From assembly GCF_036365525.1 (NCBI RefSeq), contig NC_090397.1, forward strand, positions 56,336,091-56,400,090: a stretch of 64,000 bases of DNA, read 5' to 3'. This DNA comes from Heterodontus francisci. Its lineage: Eukaryota. The notes beneath the pieces were generated by a model. That model ran no database searches. It was not told the DNA's origin and saw nothing but the letters and a program-made list of their open reading frames with translations. Of this stretch, positions 36,311-48,979 are shown piece after piece (position 1 is the stretch's first letter; each line of letters opens with the position of its first letter). Position numbers and translations under genes: made by a program.

Positions 36311-37174
36311 CTTCCTATTTACATTTGTGCCCTCTCCCTTTAAATACAGCTGAGATTGCGTACTGAGAGAGGACAGGAGGTTCATATTCCATTGAGTCAC
36401 TGCCACTCTCCTGGGACAGCTCCTCAGCAATCCTCGTAATGTATTGGAGAGCAATGCTGGACTGCTGTGATCCTCAAAAAGCCATTTTCAACAATAGTAC
36501 CCAGAGCCACAGTGACAACAGTTTGAGCTTCCGAGGAAGCAGTGTGAGCTTTGATGGAAATGTTGGCGCTGAAATGGAAGCTATGACATCGGTCATCAGA
36601 CACTGCATCACGGTAGCTTCCGCAGGTGTCCTGATGGAGGTGACCATGTTAGAAAGGATGGCTTCAAGCTCTATGCTATACTGGATGTGATCTTCTGAAT
36701 GTTCCTTGACATCGTGCACAGACTTTCTGGCAGGTTTTCCAGTGCACCACACATTTGGTTGTGTACACCCATTGGCCACCTTCTGCCTTGCTCCCCACCC
36801 TTGCGCCTGGTGCTTGGTGTCCAGTGTATCACTGCATGCAGATTCCTTCTCTATCCTGTCCTCTAAAGTAAGCACTGTTACTGTCCCTGAGCTCGTGGCT
36901 GTGATTGTTAGATTGATTGATGGTGCCTTTTCATCATCACTGCCTTCTTCCTTTTTCTCCTCTGGCTGGGAAAGTTCCAGTACTGGGACAAAAAGAGAGG
37001 CCGGGGATCAGAGCAGCACAAAAGGCAAGGCTGAGGATCAGAGTGATACAAAAAGCAAGGCTGGGCTGGGAGTCTGAATCAAATGGGAGGAGGGGAAAAA
37101 ATTGCAGAGTGACGTCACAGCACAAGGAGTCACACAGGGTGAGTACACCGGTAAACTTATAATTTATTTTTATA

Positions 37175-37820
37175 TTTGTTTGTGGGATGAGGGTTTCGCT
37201 GGCTAGGCCAGCATTTATTGCCTTCCCTAATTGCCCTTGAACTGAATGGCTTGCTAGGCCATTTCAGAGGGCACTTAAGAGTCAACCACATTGCTGTGGG
37301 TCTGGAGTCACATATAGGCCAGATCAGGTAAGGATGGCAGATTTCCTTCGCTAAAGGACAATTAGTGAACCAAATGGGTTTTTACAACAATCGACAATGG
37401 TTTCATGGCCATCATTAGACTAGATGTAATTCCAGATTTATGAATTGAATTTACATTTCACCCCCATCGAACCCATGTAAAGGGCTGCAAAGGAAACCCG
37501 ACCTGAGTCCGAATGCCGAACCCGGACGCAACGCGACACATGTTGTCAGGTCCCGTCGGGGTCGGGTCAGGTAGCAGGCCTTTACATCAGTACATGGGTA
37601 AAGGCCGGCTACCTGACCCGACCCCGACGACATGTGTTGGGTTGGGTCAGGCTTCAGAACTCCAGTTCTGAAGAAGGGTCCCTGACCTGAAACGGTAACT
37701 CTGCTTCTCTCTCCATAGATGCTGCCAGACCTGCTGAGTTTTTCCAGCACTTTCTGTTTTTATCCCTAACGCATTAGTCTGGGTTGTGGAATACTAGGCC
37801 AGTAATATTACCACTACGCC
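37175..37820 (-). mobile_element. SINE family 2 copy interrupted (37477-37762) by a small TIR element duplicated in inversion plus a Penelope pLTR fragment
   Basis: SINE body 37175-37476 and head 37765-37820; insert gtaaagggctgc...gcaggcctttac, then its inverted partial copy, then agttctgaagaagggtccctgacctgaaacgg. Confidence 0.75.
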
Positions 37821-37852
37821 AGCAACTTGATCAATTAATTGTTTTTTTTTTA

Positions 37853-38195
37853 TTATTTAGAGATACAGCACTGAAACAGGCCCTTCGGCCCACCAAGTCC
37901 GTGCCGACCCTCAACCAACCATTTATACTAATCCTACATGAATCCCATATTCCTACCACATCCCCACCTTCCCTCAATTCCCCTACCACCTACCTATACT
38001 AGGAGCAATTTACAATGGCCAATTTACCCTATCAACCTGCAAGTCTTTGGCTGTGGGAAGAAATTGGAGCACCCGGCGAAAACCCACGCAGTCACAGGAG
38101 AATTTGCAAACTCCGCATAGGCAGTACCTAGAACTGAACCTGGGTCGCTAGAGCTGTGAGGCTGCGATGCTAACCACTGCGCCACTGTGCTGCCC
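37853..38195 (-). mobile_element. V-domain SINE (HE1-like)
   Basis: Same family as 30780-31122. Confidence 0.88.
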
Positions 38196-41100
38196 AGTTA
38201 TCCTTGTGGGATAAAAACTAAAGCCAATTTGATCATTTATCATATAGCCACAATCAGTGTTCAATTAATTAATCAGATCTAGGGGTTAAAGTTAAATTAA
38301 ATATTAAGGGATTGTAATATTAAAGGTTTCTGAATTTTTCAGTAAATTAAAATCTGGGATATGTAGACAATAAGAGTTAAGTAAAACATCTAAGTTAACC
38401 TCCCTATAAAATAAAGTGATGTCAGCATAAGGGATTCAGATGATTGGTGAGTAACTGGTCAGTTTTTATTTATTCAAGTCTTAAGTTGATTTCTGGCAGG
38501 TTAGCTAATAGTCCTGTGGAGTGCATGTCCTGGACAGCCACCTGTGCAGGAAGTGTAGTCAGCTGGTGGAACTCAAGCTCCAGGTTGATAATAAGTTTGA
38601 GCAGCAGCTGGCATCACCAGTGCATCCATGAGGCTGAGAGCTTTAGAGGTTGTCACCTCACAGCTTAAGGGTATGTAGGCAGAGAGGGAAGGGGTGACCA
38701 CCAGGCAGTCAAAGAGGCCTGGGCAGGTATTGCAGGAGTCTCCAGTGCATTCAGTTCTGATGAGAGTAATGGTTCCTCTGGGGAGTGCAGGCAGAGCCAA
38801 GTCCACGTCACCACAGCTGGCTTAGCTGTACAAGGGGTAAGGAGGAAGATTGGGAAAGCAATAGCGCTAGGGGAACCTATAGTTAGGTGAACAGACTGGT
38901 GTTTCTGAGGCCACAGACATGAATCCAGGAGGATATGTTGTCTCCCTGATGCCAGGGTCAAGGATGTCACTGAGCAGCTGCAGAGCACTTTGAGGGGTGA
39001 GGGTGAACAGCCAGAGGTTGTGGTACATATCGGTACCAATGCTATAAGCAGAAAGAGGGATGAGGTCCTGCAGATTTTAGGGAGCCAAGAAGGAGACTAG
39101 CAGGCAGGACATCAAATGTCGTAATCTCCAGATTACTTCCAGTGCCATGCGCTAGTGAGTATAGAAAGAGGAGGATAGAGCAGATGAATGCTTGGTGGGA
39201 TGGTGGTGCAGGACAGAGGGCTTTAGATTCCTGGGACAGTGGAAATGGTTCTGGGGGAGGTGGGATGTGTACAGGCTGGACAGATTGCATGTCAACAAAA
39301 CTGGGACCAATGTCCTTGTGGGATGATTTGCTTGTGCTATTGGGGAGGGTTTAAATTGACTTGGCAGGGGAATGGGAACTGGGATGTAACGATAGAGAGG
39401 AAAACGAGGTTGACCAAGAATTGGGAGAGACAGATAGCACTAGAGTAAGAAATAGTAAGGTATTAGGTGGGGTCAGAGTAAGAAGGAATTCGACAAGGAC
39501 TAAATTAGGTTTTCAGTGCATGTGTTTGAATGTACAGAGCATGGTAAATAAGGTTGGTGAGCTGCAGGCACAGATAGGCATGTGGGAATATGATGTGGTG
39601 ATAGCAGAGACCTGGCACTAAAAAGGAGAGGCTTGGATACTAAGTATGCCTGGATACAAGGTATTCAGGAAAGATCGGGAAGGGAAGAAATGAGGAGGGC
39701 TGGCAATATTGATTATGGAGAATATTACACAGTTTTGGGGAGAGAGGATGTCTTGGAAGGGTCAAGGACATAAGCTAAGAAACAATAGAGGTACAATCAC
39801 ACTACTGGCTGTATTCTATAGGCCACCAACTAGTGGGAAAGATAAAAAAGAACAAAGTTGCAAGGAAATTACAGAGAGGTGCAAAAACTATAGAGTTATA
39901 ATGGGGGACTTTATCCGAATATAGACTGGAATTGTAGTGTAAAGGGCAGAGAGGGGAAAGAGTTTCTTTAGTGTGTTCAGCAGAAATTTCTAGATCAGTA
40001 TGTTTCTGGCCCAACCAGGGAGGCATTGCTGGATCTGGTTGTGGAGAATGAGGTGGGAGAAGTGGATCAAGTGTCAGTAGAGAAACATTTAGGGGACAGT
40101 GATCATAATATATCAGGTTTACGTTAGCTATGGATAAGGACAAAGAACAATCCAGAGTAAAATATTTAATTAGAGGAAGACCAATTTTGGTGGGGTGAGA
40201 CAAATCTGGCTGAGGTAAATTGGAATCAAAGATCGGCAGGCAAAACTGTTACGGAACAATGGGCTGTCTTTAAAGAGAAGATGGTTTGCGTACAGTTGAG
40301 CTGCATTCCCACAAGGGAGAGAGATAGGTCAAACAAAGCCAGAGCTCCCTGGATGACAAAAGAGAGAGTCAGATGAAGCAGAAAGAGGGTGCATATGACA
40401 GATGTCAGGTTGAAAATACAGGTGAGAACCAGGCTGAATATAAAAAGTTAACATAAGAAATAGGAGCAGAGTAGGCCTTTCAGCTCCTCGAGCCTGCTCC
40501 GCCATTCAATAAGATCATGGCTGATCTGATCATGGTCTCAGCTCCGTTGTCTTTCATGCACGCCATAACCCTCGACTCACTTGTAGAACAAAAATCTGTC
40601 TAACAGCCTTGAATATATTCAATGGCCCAGCCTGCACTGCTCTCTGGGGTAGAGAATTCCAAAGATTAACAACCCACTGAGGGAAGAAATTCCTCCTCAT
40701 TTCTGTCTTAAATGGGAGACCCCTTATTCTGAAATTGTACCCCCTCATTATCGATTCCCCACGAGGGGAAACATCCTCTCAGCATCTACCCTGTTAAGCC
40801 CCCTCAGGTTCTTATATGTTTCAATAAGATCACCTCTCATTCTTTAAACTCCAATTAGTATAAGCCCAACCTGCTCAACCTTTCCTCATATGACAACCTT
40901 TTCATCCCAGGAATCAGCCAAGTGAATCTTCTCTGAAGTGCCTCCATTACAAGTATATCCCTCTAATAAGGAGACCAAAACCATACGTAGTACTCTAGGT
41001 GTGGTCTTACCAATGCCCTGTACAGTTGTAGCAAGACTTCCCTACTTTTATACTTCATCCCCCTTGCAATAAAGGTCAAAATTCCATTTCCCTTCCTAAT

Positions 41101-42424
41101 TACTTGCTGTAACTGCAGGGTAACTTTTTGTGATTCATGTACAAGGACACCCAGGTCCCTCTGTACCACAGCATTCTGCAGTCTCTCTCCATTTAAATAA
41201 TATTCTGCTTTTCTATTCTTCCAACCAAAGTGGACAACCTCACTTTTTCTCACATTATACTTTACCTGCCAAATTTTTGCCCACTCATTTAAACTATCTA
41301 TATCGCTTTGCAGACTCTTTGTGCCCTCTTCACAACTTGCTTTCCCACCTATATTTGTATCATCAGCAAATCTGGTTACAATACACTCGGTCCCTTTATC
41401 CAAGTCATTAATAAAGATTGTAAATAGTTGAGGCCCCTGTGGCACATCACTAGTTACAGTTTGCCAAAAAAATAATCCATTTATCCTGATTCTCTGTTCC
41501 CTGTTAGTTAGCCAACCCTCTATCCATGCTAATATATTATCCCCAACACCATAGGCTCTTATCTTGTGGAGTAACTGGGGCTGTACCAAATTCATGGTCA
41601 AATGTTACAAATTACACGATTACCGCATTTTAAGGATCTTGAATATCACAATTTCAAATATTTAAATTGTAAATTTCACAGTGTTGCAACAAAACATGAA
41701 AATGATCTATTTAAAACAAACAAAAAGGTTTCTGGTTTCAAATGGCATTTATTGTACACTCAAAAACTATGGTAGAAAGCTGTCAATAAACAAGTCACAT
41801 TCCTTACTCACTGAAGTCAGTGGCTGAATGTGAGCATGGAGCAGCCTGCAACTGTCTCTTTCTTCACACCTTGTCTCTGTGCTGTGAACACCTGTCTGTG
41901 TTTAGACACAGCTCTCTCCGCGTCTGCAGAGTTTGTTGGAATTGTCAGACAGCGCCATACTGGCCTTGCAAGTTGGAGTAATTCTGCACTCCACAGAGTT
42001 CCAAAACTGCAACACATGCAAAGTACAATCTACTTCTTTTGCAATGCTTTTATGAACAGGAATCTCCAGCCTACAGTTCTTGTCAAAGCCAGGAATCGCA
42101 TTCAACTAGTTTAAATCCACCATCAACATTTGTGCACAGTCAAAGATACTCACAGCTTTCAGGAATGCCGCAGAAGGTTTTTGAAATCTCTGAGCTGCAT
42201 TTTCTTCACCACTTGACTGTTCTCCATAGCAGTAATAGTGTTTGAGCTTCTTTGCCATGCAAGAAAACACCTGTTGAGTAAAGGCATTTAATTCAGCATC
42301 ATCAGTGTTGTTCGTTTGACTATGCTTCAGTCCAGAACAATACATCCATTACTTTATTAAAAGCTTTGTGGATTGTGACATGTCAAGATTCAAACCAAGT
42401 GACAAAATCCATCAGTCATGCAGC

Positions 42425-42790
42425 ATTCATAGGACTGGACAGACTAGATGCAGGAAGGATGTTCCCGATGGCAGGGGAGTCCAGGACGAGGGGTCACAAT
42501 CTAAGGATAAGAGGTAAGCTATTTAGGACTGAGATGAGGAGGGATTTCTTCACCCAGAGAGTGGTGAACCTGTGGAATTCTCCACCACACAAAGCAGTTG
42601 AGGCCAAATCATTAAATATATTCAAGAAAGAATTAGATATAGTTCTTAGGGCTAAAGGAATCAAGGGATACGTGGAGAAAGTGGGAACAGGGTACTAAGT
42701 ATGGATGATCAGCCATGATCATATTGAATGGCGGTGGAGGCTCGAAGGGTCAAATGGCCTACTCCTGCTCCTATTTTCTATGTTTCTATT
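42425..42790 (+). mobile_element. CR1 3' fragment inside the hAT element
   Basis: GLDRLDAGRMFPMAGESRTRGHNL..FFTQRVVNLWNS plus CR1 3' UTR. Confidence 0.9.
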
Positions 42791-43187
42791 CTTGGCAACA
42801 AACTGAACCTCCTCATTAAGCTGAGCATTGTATAGAAGGGTTACAATGTCTGTTAAAACCTGTGTTTTCAGTGTCGGTGTGAGCTCTTCTGAGATGATGT
42901 CTCAGTAGTATTTCAGGTGAGCTGCATGATACTATGCTGCCCGAAACCAAGAATTACAACATGTAATTACTGGCTCTGGAGGAAGGGCGATGTTTTGTTC
43001 CCCAATTTAAGCCATTTCAGCCACATTTGCAATGTGTTGCCTGTATTAAAGCTTGTGATTAGAGCAGTGTTTGAAGATCTCTTTTATGTAGCTGACAAGT
43101 TAGTCGACTTTACCAAGCTCGCTTTTCCACAGCTTACTGATGAGAAATTATATATGCATCATATGTAAGTAATATGGACAGCATTAG

Positions 43188-43592
43188 GGGGAGACAGTGA
43201 TGTAGTGGTAATGTCACTGAACTAGTAATCCAGGGACCCAGGCTAATGCCCTGGGTACGTGGGTTCAAATCCCACCACGGCAGCTGGTGGAATTTAAATC
43301 TGATTCAAAAGAAATCTGGAATTGAAAGCTAGTCTCAGTAATGGTGCCATGAAGCTATCATCGATTGTTGTAAAAACCTATCTGGTTCGTTAATGTCCTT
43401 TAGGCAAGGAAATCTGCCATCCTTACCTGGTCTGGTCTACCTGTGACTCCAGACCCGCAGTAATGTGGTTGACTCTTAACTGCCCTTTGAAATGGCCTAG
43501 CAAGCCACTCAGTTATCAAGGGCAATTAAGGATGGACAACAAATGCTCGCCTTGCCAATGACCCACCCACATCACAAAAAAGAATTTAAAAA
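43188..43592 (+). mobile_element. SINE family 2, full length, inside the hAT transposase
   Basis: gggagacagtgatgtagtgg...gggttcaaatccc head; LINE-like tail and A-rich end. Confidence 0.85.
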
Positions 43593-43642
43593 ATGGCATT
43601 ACATCTTGAAGCACAGATCCAAAAGATTTTGTCATGTAAGTT

Positions 43643-45330
43643 TGTAACACTCACACAAGGAGAAATTTTGAACTATGATGAACCCAAAACAGACACCTTT
43701 TGCTGCAAGACAAGATGGAGTGAGGTCAGGTGACCTCTCTTGTTCTGTGAATACACATGGTAACTGCTGGAATGCTGAACAAATTGTGATGTCTGGTCAA
43801 TTGTTGAAGAAAGCATTAGAAATGTAAAATGGCCCATTCAATATTAATGGCTACCCCTCTTCAACCAATTGGGCTAACAATGACTTTGCAGACATAGCGG
43901 CTGGATTTTGTTCCCACCCTAACGTCGCATTCCATGGTGAGTGGGGGGACGGGGACTGGAAAATCAGAACAGCAGTGGCTGTCACGGAACTCGATGCCAG
44001 GATCGTCGGTACCGATCTTCCCGGTGGCGGGAAGCTCCGTCGTGATCCCTCTATCGCTCTGCGACGGGACCCGAGTTAGCATATTTGAATAACATATTTG
44101 CGTGAATTAAAATATAAACAACAGTGATCTTACCTTCAGTTCCTGATCCTCAGCATGACGAGCGGCACTCAAGTACAGGGAAAGGTGGCGCCACCAAGGT
44201 GGGGAAGGGATGAACTCTGCACTCTGATGAGTAGGGGGGAAGGTGTGAACTCTGCACTGTAATGGGTTGAGGGGAAAGGGGTGAACTCTATGTTACAGTG
44301 TACTGTTTGAAGGGCTGGCAACCTTCTGAAAATGGCGCCAGCACCTGATTCTTCAACAGGTGAATGGCGTAGCTGAGACCACCTCTGCAACATGATGGGT
44401 GGGCGGCTGCCGTGAATATGTAAAATGGCTGCCCATCGCGTTATCACATTGGCGTGGGTCCTGTGAGGGACAGCCGCCATTTTCCATGCCCACTGCCGTT
44501 CTCAGTGGCGGGAATACAAAATCCAGCCCAGAGACTCCAGACTCAAACTCAGAATAATGGATGTGAACAAAACACCACTTTATCAAGATGGTATAGAGAT
44601 GAGCAACATCCAAACCCATTATCTAACAATAGCCACACCTTCAAGCACCATTTATGAAAACACAATGGGAGTGAAACTTGGGTCACCTGACAGAAGCCAA
44701 GCCTCTGATCAGATTTTAATAATAGACATTTTCTGTGGAAAGCAGAAAGCCAGAAGGAAGAGAGACTCATCCTGCAAGAAGAAGGACACTGCCAGAACTC
44801 CATCTTTAAACTGTCTAGAGGCAGAGATGAAAGGTGACCTTGAATCTCCCTCCCTGAGAAATTGTAACAGGATTTTTTGCCGTTGAACTGTCACTGAGAT
44901 TTAACCAAATAGGTCTGCAGCAAAGCATCCATCCATCTGAAACTTTCCAATGTCTGACTTCAGTGAACCAGGCAAAAGGAAAAACAGACCTGCACTGCTT
45001 TTAAATCTTCCTCCCAGGGATACATGCAAGGTTTCACAACAAACTCTTTTTTAAAACCATCAGACCTAAATGCATGCTATCTTTTAATCTCTATCTTTTC
45101 TTGTGTGTTTGCATTGTATGGGTGAGTGGGCGAAGTTGCGAATATTTTTGGGTATTGTGTAATAAACATTTATATTTCTTTAAACCTATGAGAAAACCTG
45201 TCATTTTTCTGTTTATTGACCATTAAGATGCTCAAGGTTTAAAACATCTTTCTAATAAAAATGCAGCCTTCGGTCAGTTAAGAGGTGAAAAAGGGAAACC
45301 ACCCCTATCATTTCCCACCTGTCCATAACA
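43643..45330 (+). mobile_element. Solo LTR inside the hAT transposase, containing a MITE (~43898-44529)
   Basis: tgtaac...ataaca with perfect TSD agtt (43639-43642, 45331-45334); removing it restores DNATYMTK; the MITE has TIR ggctggattttg / caaaatccagcc. Confidence 0.82.
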
Positions 45331-46324
45331 AGTTGCATTGTCACTAATGACAGCAGATACTTTGTTGAAATCGGCACCGTATTTTGAAACCGTTTTGATT
45401 ATCGCTAGGGAATCTGTGGTATGAATAACAGCTTCTAAGTAGAAGCAGTTTGCAAGCACTGTTGTTAGCTTTCTTGACTGTACATCTTCAGCTTTACCTG
45501 ACAAAAAATCAAGTAAAATATGCATCAAATAGTTGTTTTGCTCATTGGTGGACACATTACAAATAATTGCAAAAGACTCACAAGCGTTAATCTGAGTCTT
45601 CATCTCCTCCCAATGTGTAGCAAAAACCTTCAGTAGGTAGTCCTGTTGTAGTTTATTTTCACTTGGCAAGCAACCACCATTTTGCACATTACGTTGAATG
45701 AATACCCGCAGCTTTGGGTGATCAAGTTTTTCCAGTGGTATGTTGGCACATGGAAAAGCATCCACAAATTCCATTATAACCAACTGAAGATCTTCTGAGC
45801 TCTCTGTTGACTTAACAAGAGATGAAACCATTGCTCGTTTTTTTTGCATGTTCGTTTTCTAGCAGTGTGGTGTCAGATGCTCTCTTCCTGCAATTGCCAT
45901 TTTGCACATTATGTTGAATGAACACCCGCAGCTTTGGGTGATCAGTTTTTCCAATGGTATGTTGGTGCTTGCAAAAGCACCCACCAGTTCCTTTGTAACC
46001 AACTGACAATTTTCTGAGCTTTCTGTCGACTTCTTAAAAAGAGATGAAACTGTTTCTTTTTTTGCCTGTTCACTTCCCAGCAGTGCGATGTTCAGACTCT
46101 AAGTGATGCTGAACCGTTGCCCGGTGTGTGTGATCCAATGAAACATTGCAACTTGTACAAAACAATATTCCACCATCGGCATGCAGAATTTGGCTTCCAA
46201 ATTCTTTCCCTCAATGTGCTGCAGTAATGTTGTGGCCATTTTCGATTTGCTCATTCTGGCATTCTCACTTGTCTGCTAATACTTGAAACTGCTGCTCTCA
46301 AAACAACACTGGAAGCCCTCCCTC

Positions 46325-46680
46325 ATCTACCAATCAGCGGGTTGAGCCTTGTGTCAATCACTAAAATACGTGATGTTTGCAACATGCCCAGCAATCAGCG
46401 AGGTGAGCCTTGTGTAACCACGAAAACGGGTGAAGTTCGCAACTTTTTTTAATTCTTTCATGGGATGTGGGTGTTGCTGGCAAGGTCAGCATTTGTTGCC
46501 CATCCCTAATTGCCCTTGACAACTGAGTGGCTTGCTAGGCCATTTCAGAGGGCAGTTAAGAGTCAACCACATTGCTGTGGGTCTGGATTCATGCCCAGCA
46601 ATCAGTGAGGTGAGCTTTGTGTCAATCACTAAAAAGCGTGATGATCGCTACATGCCCAGCAATCAGCAACTTGAGACTTA
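46325..46680. repeat. ~61-bp subterminal tandem repeats of the hAT element, split by a SINE family 2 fragment (46444-46590)
   Basis: catgcccagcaatcagcgaggtgagccttgtgtcaatcactaaaa..cgtgat repeated about 4 times. Confidence 0.75.
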
Positions 46681-48004
46681 TGTTAATGAATAAAATGTGC
46701 GAAGTTCGCACAATGGCCGATTTCTCAGAGGACCCAAAATTTCATGGTCCGTGGTGCAATTTTCACAGTCGTGAATTTGGTAGGGCCCTAGTAGTAACCT
46801 TTTATATGGCACCTTATCAAATGCCTTTTGGAAATCCAAATACACTATCTCTACTGGTTCCCCTTTATCCACCCTGCTTGTTTCATCCTCAAAGAACTCA
46901 AATAAATTTGTCAAACCAATTTCCCTTTCATAAAATGATGTTGACTCTGCTTGATTGTATTATGATTTTCTATATGTCCTGCTACTACTTCCTTAATTCC
47001 AGTATGGATTCCAGTATTTTCCCAAAGACAGATGTTATGTTAATTGGACTATAGTTTCCTACTTTCTGTCTCCTTCCTTTCTTGAATAAGGGTGTTACAT
47101 TTGTGGTTTTCCAACCAGCTGGAACCTTTCAGAATCTCGGGAAATCTTGGAAGACTATAACTAATGCATCCACTATCTATGCAACCACTTCTTTTAAGAC
47201 CTGATGATGCAGGCCATCAAATCCAGGGGAATTGTCAGCCTTTAGTCCCATTAGTTTTCTTAGTATTTTATCTCTATTGATAGTGATTGTTTTAAGTTCC
47301 TCTTTCCCTTTTCCCCCCTGATTTTTGGGATATTTTACTATTATTACAATCCTTTTAATGGTCTTCTACCATGAAGACCGTTACTTGTTCACAGTCTCTG
47401 CCAGTTCCTTGTTTGCCATTATTAATTCCCCAGTCTCATCCTCTAAGGGACAAACATTTACTGTAGCTACTCTCTTCCTTTTTATATACTTGTAGAAGCT
47501 CTTACTCTCTGTTTTTACATTTCTTGCTAGATTTCTCTCATAATCTAATTTCGCCCTTTTTTTCAGTCATCCATTGTTGGCTTCTAAAATGTTTCCAATC
47601 TTCTGGCCCACCAGTAATCGTCACAGTACAGTACACCTATCCTTTCAATTTGAATTATCTTTAACTTTCTCAGTTAGCCACAGATGGTTCATCCTTCTTG
47701 TAGAGTCTTTCTTTCTGTGGAATATATCTTTGTTGAGAGTAATGAATTATCTCCTTAAATTTTTGCCCCTGCTTTTGACATATTTTCCCAGTACACTTTA
47801 GCCAACTCTGTGTTCATGCCTTTCCAATTACCTTTGTTTTAAGTTTTTAAGACACCAGTTTCAAACCCAAGTTTCTCACCCTCAAACTGAATGTGAAATT
47901 TCATCATGTTATGATCACTGTTCCTGAGAGTATCCCTTACTATGAGATTATTAATTAGCCATGTCTCATTACACATTACCAAGTCTAAAATAGCCTGTTC
48001 CCTG

Positions 48005-48979
48005 TGTAATGAACGCTGAACTTTGTAGCATGATCATGTTTTAAAAACTGTGATTTTTATTGCAGTGCAAGATGGAGTCAGAGAAGTCATGTGACCTCAC
48101 ATCAACTCTGCTTAAAGACAAGACAGGAATCTTGGTTACCAGGACACCAAGGAGCCCAGATCAAAGACCCTTTTGAAAAACAGAGAATGCAAGGTTATAA
48201 CACCCGAAAGACAATGGGGTTCACTTTCCCAGATGCTCAGATCATAAACAAGGAGCCAGTGGCTCTGAAAATGCAAATGCGAATTGCAGTTGCTAACACC
48301 TGGAAACAAAGAAAGGTCCCGGTGGTTTGGCGGTGGCCAGACTTATGGGCTGTGCATATTGAAAAAAATTGAGCATTGACCTTTTGATTCTGGATAAATT
48401 CTACAGACTTTGAGAAACATGCAGACTGTAAGGAAGACTGGAAGACAACGAGCAGCGGTGGCACCTCAAGGGAGAGAGAGAGGGAATACCTGCTCACCTG
48501 CTCTCAGAGCACTGATAAGCAAAACACTGCGAAAACTTGAACCGGATTTGAAAGTTGATGTTCACAGGGCAGGAAAAGACCAACAGGAGCACCAGAGTCA
48601 CCTTACACACAGAAGTTGAGGTCAAAGGTACTCTGAAGAAGTGAGCAGAGAGGACATTGACTTTGAGAAGTTTTAGGAGATCCAATCCATTGCAACTGGG
48701 AGGAGTTTGGGACTTTTAGCTGCAAAGATTTTGCTTCAAGGAGGACTGCATAACGTATAAATGTGTGATGTTTTCAAGTGTTTTAATATGTGAATAAAAT
48801 CCCTTTCTCTGTAATTTGGAGTATCGGTTACTTCTGAAGTACTATTTAGTTAATGGAAATTTTTAGTTTAGTTGTTATATAAAAGTCTTAAAACATGAAA
48901 TCTTGTGTAATTCTTTAAATTGGTCTGGGGAGTTCATATCTCATGTTTTAATGTTAACAGTCTCCCTGAGGTCATAACA
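48005..48979 (+). mobile_element. Solo LTR
   Basis: tgtaat...ataaca, TSD cctg/cccg; AATAAA near 48793; shares caagatggag...gtgacctc with the 43643 LTR. Confidence 0.78.

Larger units (their letters stand above)
41576..46790 (-). mobile_element. hAT DNA transposon, complete outline, dead transposase with CGGBP1-like N-terminus
   Basis: TIRs tggggctgtaccaaattca / tagggccctaccaaattca (16/19); 8-bp TSD ggagtaac/gtagtaac; LHADGGILFCTSCNVSLDH, ANIPLEKLDHP, SDNATYM, IPTNSADAERAVS. Confidence 0.92.

Noticed and set aside
45274-45849. 191-aa ORF as a functional domesticated CGGBP gene
   Set aside because: Zinc-finger part has a stop and frameshifts, the first catalytic Asp is lost, the ORF runs into an LTR, and TIRs/TSD remain, so it is a dead transposon
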